The notes under the pieces: generated by a model | The model's input: only the letters and a program-made list of their open reading frames with translations | Told to the model about the DNA's origin: nothing | Databases searched by the model: none | Shown: one piece after another, positions 6,430-13,552 of the stretch | Position numbering within the stretch: the stretch's first letter is position 1 | Layout: the number at the start of each line of letters is the position of its first letter | Assembly (NCBI GenBank): GCA_044866005.1 | Contig: JBIOTN010000003.1 | Coordinates: forward strand, 1-18,240 | Direction of reading: 5' to 3' | DNA from: Candidatus Rokuibacteriota bacterium | GTDB taxonomy: Bacteria; Methylomirabilota; Methylomirabilia; Rokubacteriales; DASRDR01 | DNA: 18,240 nt | Program-made: the position numbers and the translations under genes

Positions 6430-7905
6430 ATGGATGGAACGGGATCCGAGGCGCGCGCCCCGGGCGCGACCTCCCCGTCTCCCGCAGGGCGGCGCGCGGG
6501 CTCCGCGCGCGTGGGGTCCCCGACCCGCCAGTTCGCCCTCCTGAGCCTCTTGACCCTCGGCGGCAGCACGCTCCTCTTCGGCTTCGCGCTCGCATACTAC
6601 GTCGAGCGCGGGATCCTGGATCACGAGTGGGCCACCACGTCGGCCCTCTTGCGGACCGCGGCGCGCTTCTACCTGCGCCCGTCGGACTTCGCCCGGCGCG
6701 GAGAGAGCTCGAGCCCGGCGAGCGACGAGGCGGGCGATCGCTTCGAGGAGTTCAGCCGTCAGGTGCGGATGCTGCCGGAGATCCTGCGGCTCGTCGCGTA
6801 CGACAACCGTGGCGGCGTCGTCTGGACGGATGGCGACCCCGGCAGGCTTCATCCCGCGCACGCCTCGCTCCGGCAGGCGCTCGGCGGGGAGACGAGCATC
6901 CAGCTCGAGCCGCGCACCCGCGACCGCGCGGAGCGCGTCGAGATCTACGTGCCGATCACCTACCCCGGCGAGGGCCGCATCGCCGGCATCATCGAGGCCT
7001 ACGTGGACCCGACCCGCGTGCTGGCGAGTGTCCGGCGCGCGCGGCTCATCTTGTGGAGCCTCGCCGCCCTCTCGGGCACGGTCCTCTACGCCGTCCTGTA
7101 CGGCATCGTCTGGCGGGCCTCGCGCCAGCTGCGGGCGCAGCACGCCGCGCTCCGGGAGCGCGCCGCGGAGCTGGCCCGCGCGAACGCGGAGCTCCGCGCC
7201 GTCCACCGCCAGCTCGTGACGGCCGAGCGGTTCGCGGCCTTCGGCGAGATCACCGCGGCCGTAGCGCACGGGCTGGGTAACCCGCTCGCCGTCATCCGGT
7301 CGACCGCGCAGGTCGCGCTGCTGGACGCGCCGGCCGGCCCCCTCCGCGACGGACTCTGCCAGGTGATCGCCGAGACCGACCGCCTGTCGGAGCGCATGCG
7401 AGCGCTGCTCGACTTCGGCCGGCCGGTGGAGCAGCGGCGCGTGCCGACGGCGCTCGAGGCCGCCGTCCGCCCCGCGCTCGAGTCGATCCGCGCGCGCGCC
7501 GCCGCGCAGGACGTCCGCCTGGACGTCGCGGTGGGCGGCGAGTTCCCGAAAGTCCGCCTCGACCCCGCCCGGTTCGAAGAGGCGCTCCTCTGTCTCCTCG
7601 GGAACGCCCTCGACGCCATGCCGCGCGGGGGCTCGCTGCGGGTCGTGGCCTCCGCGGCGGCCGACGGCGACGCGACGGCCGGCCGGGCCCTCACCCTCGT
7701 CGTCGAAGACACCGGACCCGGCATTCCCGCGGCCGTCCTGGCGCGGGTCTTCGAGCCCTTCTTCACCACCAAGCGCGGCGGGACCGGGCTCGGGCTCGCG
7801 GTCGCCCGAAAGCTCCTGGAGAGCGGAGGCGGCCGGCTCGAGCTCCGGACCGAGCCGGGACGCGGCACGCAGGCCATCATGACGCTGCCGGTCGACGAGG
7901 CCTGA
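6430..7905 (+). CDS. Membrane sensor histidine kinase (NtrB-like)
   Basis: Two TM segments flank an extracytoplasmic domain, followed by a coiled coil, H-box AAVAHGLGNPL, N-box LGNALDAM, EDTGPGI, FEPFFTTK and GTGLGL. The start could alternatively be GTG 6511. Confidence 0.93.
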   Translation: MDGTGSEARAPGATSPSPAGRRAGSARVGSPTRQFALLSLLTLGGSTLLFGFALAYYVERGILDHEWATTSALLRTAARFYLRPSDFARRGESSSPASDEAGDRFEEFSRQVRMLPEILRLVAYDNRGGVVWTDGDPGRLHPAHASLRQALGGETSIQLEPRTRDRAERVEIYVPITYPGEGRIAGIIEAYVDPTRVLASVRRARLILWSLAALSGTVLYAVLYGIVWRASRQLRAQHAALRERAAELARANAELRAVHRQLVTAERFAAFGEITAAVAHGLGNPLAVIRSTAQVALLDAPAGPLRDGLCQVIAETDRLSERMRALLDFGRPVEQRRVPTALEAAVRPALESIRARAAAQDVRLDVAVGGEFPKVRLDPARFEEALLCLLGNALDAMPRGGSLRVVASAAADGDATAGRALTLVVEDTGPGIPAAVLARVFEPFFTTKRGGTGLGLAVARKLLESGGGRLELRTEPGRGTQAIMTLPVDEA

Positions 7906-7906
7906 G

Positions 7907-9304
7907 GTGCCACCCACGGTCCTGATCGTCGAGGACGAGGCGCCGCTGGCCTCGGCCCTCCAGACCTTCCTCCAGCGCCAGGGATTGCCCGTCCACGCCT
8001 TCGCCTCGGCAGAGGCCGCGCTGCCGGCCCTCGCCGAGGTGGCGCCGGACCTCGCCCTCGTCGACGTCCATCTGCCGGGCATGGACGGGCTCGCCATGCT
8101 GGACGCCATCCGCCGCGAGCGTCCGGAGACCCAGGTCATCCTGATGACGGCCTTCTCCACCGTCTCGAGCGCGGTGGCGGCGATGAAGGCCGGTGCCGTG
8201 GACTACCTGACGAAGCCCCTCGACCTCGACGAGCTCTCGGTCGTGATCCAGCGCGTCTGGGAAGGCCACCGGGTCCGCGGGGAGCTCGCCTACCTGCGCG
8301 AGCGGGCCGGGCATTCCCTGCCGGTGGACAGCCTCCTCGGAAACGCTCCGGCCATGGTGGCGGTCCGGCAGCGCATCCTCCAGGTGGCGCGCGCGGACCG
8401 CGTGGGCGAGGCCGGACCCACCGTCCTGGTACAGGGGGAGACCGGCACGGGCAAAGAGCTGGCCGCGCGCGCGATCCACGCGGCCGGTCCCCGGGCCGGC
8501 GGGCCCTTCGTCGAGATCAACTGCGCCGCGATCCCCGCGGCCCTCCTCGAGGGCGAGCTGATGGGCTTCGAGAAGGGGGCGTACACGGACGCCCGGACCA
8601 GCAAGCCGGGGCTCTTCGAGGCGGCCGACGCGGGAACGCTCTTCCTCGACGAGATCTGCCTGCTCGATCTCGCGCTCCAGGCGAAGCTCCTGCGCGTGAT
8701 CGAGGACCGTTCCGTGCGCCGGCTCGGCGCCGTGACCCCGCGGCGGGTGGACATCCGGATCGTCGCGGCGACGAATCGCGATCTCGAGACCGCCGCGCGC
8801 GAGGGGGCGTTCCGGCAGGACCTCCTCTATCGTCTTCGCGTCCTGACGGTCGACCTCCCGCCCCTGCGCACCCGGGGCGAGGACGTCGTCTTGCTGGCCG
8901 AGCACTTCCTCCGGCAGGTCCGCGAGCGGTACGGGCTCGGCGAGATCCGCTTCTCCTCCGCTGCCCTTCGTGAGCTTCAGGCCTACTCCTGGCCGGGAAA
9001 CGTGCGCGAGCTCACCAACGTGGTCGAGCGGGCCGCGCTCCTCAACCCGGGACCGACGCTCGGCCCCGAGCACCTCGCGCTCGTGGACAGCCCCTCCATG
9101 CCGGTGGCGGTGGGCCCGGACGGGGAGGTCCGGGTGGACTTCGCGCACGGGCCCATCAACCTGGAGGTGGTCGAGCGATCGCTGATCCACCGGGCGCTGG
9201 CCCATACCGGCTGGAATCGCGCGCGGGCCGCCGAGCTGCTCGGCCTGACGAAGGAGACCTTGCGCTACCGGATGGAGAAATACCGCCTCAGCCCCGACTC
9301 ATGA
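7907..9304 (+). CDS. sigma54-dependent response regulator (REC + AAA+ + Fis HTH)
   Basis: Receiver motifs VEDE / DVHLPGMDG / TKP, Walker A GETGTGKE, loop GAYTDA, Walker B LFLDEI, FRQDLLYRL, WPGNVREL, and C-terminal NRARAAELLG HTH. Confidence 0.96.
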   Translation: MPPTVLIVEDEAPLASALQTFLQRQGLPVHAFASAEAALPALAEVAPDLALVDVHLPGMDGLAMLDAIRRERPETQVILMTAFSTVSSAVAAMKAGAVDYLTKPLDLDELSVVIQRVWEGHRVRGELAYLRERAGHSLPVDSLLGNAPAMVAVRQRILQVARADRVGEAGPTVLVQGETGTGKELAARAIHAAGPRAGGPFVEINCAAIPAALLEGELMGFEKGAYTDARTSKPGLFEAADAGTLFLDEICLLDLALQAKLLRVIEDRSVRRLGAVTPRRVDIRIVAATNRDLETAAREGAFRQDLLYRLRVLTVDLPPLRTRGEDVVLLAEHFLRQVRERYGLGEIRFSSAALRELQAYSWPGNVRELTNVVERAALLNPGPTLGPEHLALVDSPSMPVAVGPDGEVRVDFAHGPINLEVVERSLIHRALAHTGWNRARAAELLGLTKETLRYRMEKYRLSPDS

Positions 9305-9436
9305 GCCGGCCGGGAAATCCCCGCGCGCCACGGGCAGATGCCCACAAATGCGCCAGGCCAGGCGCGTCGACCGGCCGTCGTCTCGAAAGCACGCGTTTCG
9401 ACAGCGTTTACGCTCCCCGAGCCGAGGAGGAGGCTT

Positions 9437-9451
9437 TGGCACGCCCCTTGC
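9437..9451 (+). promoter_or_regulatory. sigma54 (-24/-12) promoter
   Basis: TGGCAC-GCCCC-TTGC, an exact match to TGGCAC-N5-TTGC, 73 nt upstream of ATG 9525. Confidence 0.88.
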
Positions 9452-9524
9452 CCGACAGTTCCGGGCAGGCGGCGACTCCCCGGGTGAGGAGCGCCGTGGT
9501 CCCAGACCCGAAGAAGGAGGGGGC

Positions 9525-10505
9525 ATGAGCGGGCGGAGCGGTCGGTGGCCCCGATTGCTACTGGCCCTCGCCTGCCTCCTCTACCTTCTTTCGCCCGGTC
9601 CGCAACCCCAGCGGCTGACCGGCGGTGATCCCACGACCGCCATCGCCGACGACAAGGGAGGCGGCGACGGGAAAGACGGGAAAGGCGGGGGCGGCGGCTC
9701 GGGCTCCGGGGGGTCAGGTTCTGGCGGCTCCGGCGGTTCGGGCTCGGGCGGTTCGGGGTCCGGCGGTTCGGGGTCCGGCGGCGCCGGCGGCTCGGGTGGC
9801 TCGGGCTCCGGCTCCGGGAGCGGGGGGGACGGCAAGGGCGGGGGCGGCGAGGGGAAGGGTGGGGGCGGCGAAGGGAAAGGGAGCGGCAACGGCAAAGGGG
9901 GCGACGGTAAAGGCGGGGCAGGCGAAGGCAAGGGCGGCGGTGGTGAGGGCAAGGGCGGCGGCTCCGCTGGGAAGGGCGGCGGTACCGACGACTTGTCCGG
10001 GCGCGAGCCGGCCACTGGCCGCGGCACCGGACGCGCCGGCTCGGAGGGCCGCGGCGGCGGAGTGACCCGCGGGGCCGATCCGGGCGGTGTCGGCGCCGCC
10101 GGCGCGCCGGCCGTCGGAGCGGCCGCCGGCCGAGGAGGCCAGCGCGAGGCGCGGGACGCCGCGCGCGCCGCCGCCGAGGCTGCCCGCGACGCGGCCCGGG
10201 CGGCGGCGGACGCGGCTCGAACGGCCGCGCGCCAGGGACAGGGCGCCCAGCCAGGGCGTGCCCAGGCCATCGCCGACGCCGCGCGGGATGCCGCGCAGAC
10301 CGCCGCCGGCGCGGCGCGCGAGGCCGAGCGCGCGGCCGTCGAGGCCGCGCGCGCCGCCGAGATCGCAGGCGGCGGCGACGGGAGCGACGCCCAGCGGAGC
10401 GCGAACCTCGCGGCCGAGCTGGCGCTCGACGCCGCGGAACGTGCACGGGAAGCCGCCGACGAGGCGGCCGACCGTCCGGAGCGCGAGGCCCGCGGCCGCC
10501 CCTAG
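9525..10505 (+). CDS. Exported low-complexity Gly/Ser/Lys-rich and Ala-rich hypothetical protein (326 aa)
   Basis: SD AAGGAGG precedes ATG 9525. An N-terminal basic plus hydrophobic segment (RWPRLLLALACLLYLLS) is followed by a possible AIA|DD cleavage site, GSG repeats, GKG repeats and an Ala/Arg/Glu helical C-terminus. Confidence 0.8.
   Translation: MSGRSGRWPRLLLALACLLYLLSPGPQPQRLTGGDPTTAIADDKGGGDGKDGKGGGGGSGSGGSGSGGSGGSGSGGSGSGGSGSGGAGGSGGSGSGSGSGGDGKGGGGEGKGGGGEGKGSGNGKGGDGKGGAGEGKGGGGEGKGGGSAGKGGGTDDLSGREPATGRGTGRAGSEGRGGGVTRGADPGGVGAAGAPAVGAAAGRGGQREARDAARAAAEAARDAARAAADAARTAARQGQGAQPGRAQAIADAARDAAQTAAGAAREAERAAVEAARAAEIAGGGDGSDAQRSANLAAELALDAAERAREAADEAADRPEREARGRP
9684..9983 (+). repeat. 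Coding low-complexity tandem repeats: (GGSGS)n then eight x-G-K-G units
   Basis: The translation [33 protein letters not shown]... is followed by GDGKGGGGEGKGGGGEGKG...; codons differ between units. Confidence 0.85.
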
Positions 10506-10508
10506 CCG

Positions 10509-11312
10509 ATGCGCGCGCGTTGGTCGGGACGCGCTCGCGCCGCGGTCTCCGGAGGGCTTGCGACCCTCCTCGTCCTCGGCGTCGTTTCCCTGCCGAGGGC
10601 TCAAGGCGTCCTCGAGGGGCTCCGTCGCGGCGTCCGGGCCCAGGCCGCGTTCGTCCGGGCCAAGGCCCTGTACGACGCGCGCAACTATGAGGGCGCGCGC
10701 GAGCGGCTGACCGAAGCGCTCGACCTGGAGGCCGACCACGATGAGGCTCGCGCGCTCCTCGGATGGTCGGAATACTTCCTCGGCGAGTACCGGGCCGCCA
10801 GCATCACCTTCAAGACCACGCTCCGCCGCCAGCCCACGTGGGAAGGGCTCCACAACGGTCTGGGCTGGAGCCGGATCCGGCTCGGCCGCTACCACCTGGC
10901 CGCCGAGGCCTTCCGCGCCGCGCTCGACCTGAACCCAAACTATACCGACGCCATGATCGGCCTCGGCACGGCCCAGTTCGAGATCGGCCGCTACGAGGCG
11001 GCACTCCCGCACTTCCAGACCGCCCTGCGCCGCCTCGAGCCGCTGGCCGGCCCGGACCCATCCGAGGTCCCCTCGGTCCGCGCCAAGCTCGCCTGGACCC
11101 TCTACTATCTCGGTCGCTACCGGGAGGCGCTCTCGGTCTTCGAGCAGGGCATCCGCGCCACGCCGGACTGGCACGGGCTGCACAACGGCGCCGGCTGGTG
11201 CTACCTCAAGCTCGGCCAGAAAGCGCAGGCGCGCGCCGCCTTCCAGCGAGCGCTCACGCTCAAGCCCGACTACGACGACGCGCGGGAGGGTCTGAGACAG
11301 GCGAGCGGCTGA
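10509..11312 (+). CDS. Tetratricopeptide-repeat protein with N-terminal signal/TM segment
   Basis: About 6 TPR-like units (LGWSEYFLGEY, LHNGLGWSRIRLGRY, LGTAQFEIGRY, LAWTLYYLGRY, LHNGAGWCYLKLGQ); starts 3 nt after the Gly-rich gene. Confidence 0.9.
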   Translation: MRARWSGRARAAVSGGLATLLVLGVVSLPRAQGVLEGLRRGVRAQAAFVRAKALYDARNYEGARERLTEALDLEADHDEARALLGWSEYFLGEYRAASITFKTTLRRQPTWEGLHNGLGWSRIRLGRYHLAAEAFRAALDLNPNYTDAMIGLGTAQFEIGRYEAALPHFQTALRRLEPLAGPDPSEVPSVRAKLAWTLYYLGRYREALSVFEQGIRATPDWHGLHNGAGWCYLKLGQKAQARAAFQRALTLKPDYDDAREGLRQASG

Positions 11313-11330
11313 CGACCTGGGAGGGGGCCA

Positions 11331-11348
11331 CGGCGGCAAAGGCCGCCG
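11331..11348. terminator. Possible terminator hairpin between convergent genes
   Basis: CGGCGGC-AAAG-GCCGCCG, a 7-bp stem 18 nt after the TPR stop; no U-tract. Confidence 0.3.
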
Positions 11349-11429
11349 CTCGGACGCTGTCGCGGGCAGGCGAGGCTTGGTGCGACAGGCGCCTGGCCGT
11401 CGCGACGGGACCGGCGACGGCCGGCCGCG

Positions 11430-12263
11430 TCAGGGCTTCAGACGGACGTGGAGGTACAGGTCACCCGGCGTCCCGTCCGGCCGTGGCTCGCCCTTGCCCC
11501 GCAGTCGAAGGCGCGTCCCCGTGCGAAGCCCGGGCGGCACGCGAACCAGGAGCTCCTCCGCCCCGCCCGGGCGGCGGATGGTGAGCCGATAGCGGCCGCC
11601 CTCGCGGAGATCTCCGGCCGTCAGCGCGATCTCGTACTGGAGGTCGCCGCGCCGCGTCCCCTCCGCGGCGGGAGCGAGGGCGCGCGCGAGCAGGCGCCCG
11701 GTCTCCGCCAGGCGGCCCCCGAGCCAGCCGAGAAACCCCGGCCGCGACGCGACGGTCTCCCCCGCGGCCGTTCCCGGTCCCCCCTCGGGCACGCGCTCGA
11801 CGCCGGCCCGCGGGCGGCGCGCGCCGACCCACCGGATCCCGAACCGCCCGACGATGATGACGCCGCGGCCCCGGAAGAACACGTCGCGCAGGAAGGCCTC
11901 GTCGAAGCGGAGCCCCTGCCGGGTCCACTCGCGCGTGAGGTCGTCGAACACCGACGCGGTCCGGGGATCGGTGAAGAGGTCGCGGAAGAGATCCTCCTGC
12001 CGCCAGCGCGGCGCGCGCCCGCGGGCGCCCTCCGCCCGCGCCCGCCGGAGCGCGTCGTACTCCCGCCGGCGCCCCGGGTCCATCAGGACGGCGTAAGCTT
12101 CGCTGATCTCCTTGAAGCGCTCTTCGGCCCGCTTGTCGCCGCGGTTCCGATCGGGGTGGTGACGGAGGGCCAGGCGCCGGTAGGCCCGCTTGACCTCGTC
12201 CTCGGGCGCGCTCTCGGGGACCCCGAGGATCGCGTAGTAGTCGCGGTCGGCCCTCGCCCGCAC
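11430..12263 (-). CDS. J-domain co-chaperone (class B DnaJ/CbpA-like, no zinc finger)
   Basis: [22 protein letters not shown] and a single DnaJ C-terminal repeat (VRVPPG...LRLRGKG...GDLYL). Confidence 0.9.
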   Translation of the reverse strand: MRARADRDYYAILGVPESAPEDEVKRAYRRLALRHHPDRNRGDKRAEERFKEISEAYAVLMDPGRRREYDALRRARAEGARGRAPRWRQEDLFRDLFTDPRTASVFDDLTREWTRQGLRFDEAFLRDVFFRGRGVIIVGRFGIRWVGARRPRAGVERVPEGGPGTAAGETVASRPGFLGWLGGRLAETGRLLARALAPAAEGTRRGDLQYEIALTAGDLREGGRYRLTIRRPGGAEELLVRVPPGLRTGTRLRLRGKGEPRPDGTPGDLYLHVRLKP

Positions 12264-12273
12264 GGTCGGGAGA

Positions 12274-13422
12274 CTAGGAGAGCTCGGTGTGGAGGCGAAG
12301 CACCTCGGCCAGAAGCTCGGCCGTCGCGTGGACGTCCCGGAGGTCGAGCCACTCCTTCACCGTGTGGATCTCGCGCATCCCGGTGCCGAGGTTCGCCACC
12401 TCGATCCCCTGGCCGTTGAATACGTTGGCGTCCGAGCCGCCGCCGGTCGGCCGCAGCCGGACGTCGCGGCCGAGCTTCCGTCCGGCCTCCACGACGAGGC
12501 GGACGATCCGCGTGTCGGGCGCGAGACGCAGGGCCTCGTAATCGCGCTGAACGTCGGCCTCCACCCGGGCCCGGTAGACCGCCTCTCCGGCTCGCACCTC
12601 GTGCCGCCGCGCGGCCTCCTCGAAGCACTGCCGCATGTGCGCGGTCTGCGTCTCGAGCTTCCGGACGTCGCGGCTGCGCGCCTCTCCCCGGAGGACGACC
12701 TTCGGTGGAATGATGTTCGTCGCCAGCCCGCCCTCGATGATGCCGAGGTTCGCCGTCGTTTCCGCGTCGACGCGCCCGAGCCGCATGGCCGCCACCGCCT
12801 CCGCCGCCACGCGGATGGCGGAGATCCCGGCCTCGGGCGCCACGCCGGCATGCGCCTCGCGTCCGTGGACGCGGAACACCATGCGGTCGGCGGCCGGTCC
12901 GGCTGTGATCAGCTCCCCCACGCCGTCCGAGTCCAGGACCAGGCCGTGCCGGGCCCGGAGCCGGGAGACGTCGAAATGCTTGGCGCCCAGCAGGCCGATC
13001 TCCTCGCAGATCGTGAAGACCACCTCCACGTCGCCGTGCGGGACACCCCGCTCCCCGAGGCCGCGGAGCGCCTCGACGATGATCGCGCACCCGGACTTGT
13101 CGTCGCCGCCCAGGACGCTCGTCCCGTCGGTCCGCACGATGCTGCCCTCGACCACGGGCCGGACGCGCTCGCACGGCACGACCGTGTCCATGTGCGCGGA
13201 GAGCAGCAGGGGCGGGGCGCCGGGCACCGTCCCCCGCACGCGCGCGAAGACGTTCCCGGTGGTGCCGCCGACCTTCTCGCCGGCGTCGTCCACCGAGACC
13301 TCGGCGCCGAGCGCCGCCAGCTCCGTCCTGAGCCGCGCCGCGACCTCCTGCTCGCGTCTGGACGGGCTCGAGATGCGCAGGAGGTCGAGCAGGAGACCGG
13401 TGAGCCGCTCTCGATCGATCAT
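12274..13422 (-). CDS. M20 family metallopeptidase (peptidase T-like)
   Basis: [26 protein letters not shown] and IHTVKE motifs; SD GGGAGG and a TACAAT -10 upstream. Confidence 0.92.
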   Translation of the reverse strand: MIDRERLTGLLLDLLRISSPSRREQEVAARLRTELAALGAEVSVDDAGEKVGGTTGNVFARVRGTVPGAPPLLLSAHMDTVVPCERVRPVVEGSIVRTDGTSVLGGDDKSGCAIIVEALRGLGERGVPHGDVEVVFTICEEIGLLGAKHFDVSRLRARHGLVLDSDGVGELITAGPAADRMVFRVHGREAHAGVAPEAGISAIRVAAEAVAAMRLGRVDAETTANLGIIEGGLATNIIPPKVVLRGEARSRDVRKLETQTAHMRQCFEEAARRHEVRAGEAVYRARVEADVQRDYEALRLAPDTRIVRLVVEAGRKLGRDVRLRPTGGGSDANVFNGQGIEVANLGTGMREIHTVKEWLDLRDVHATAELLAEVLRLHTELS

Positions 13423-13552
13423 GACGCCTCCCAGGGTGATTGTACCCGGAAAGGCCGCTCCGGGCCGGGGCTCGGCCAGGCGCCCCCGAGCCGGAATTCG
13501 TGGCGATTCGATCGGGCCTGATTTAATCTGAGTCCACCACGGGAGGGCGGCC

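Noticed and set aside
9525..9600. Lipoprotein signal at LALAC
   Set aside because: The lipobox match is poor and the hydrophobic stretch continues past the Cys.
9684..9983. Repeat tract as a CRISPR array or DNA-level VNTR
   Set aside because: There are no constant repeats with unique spacers; the units are degenerate, in-frame Gly-rich codons.
9581..10270. Pro-rich (PEPP repeat) minus-strand ORF
   Set aside because: It is the antisense mirror of the Gly-rich gene, which has the promoter, SD and signal peptide.
6430..11312. PrsK/PrsR/PrsT (PEP-CTERM) system
   Set aside because: The kinase lacks the multi-TM/GAF architecture, the TPR protein is short, and the exported protein has no C-terminal PEP-TM-basic tail.
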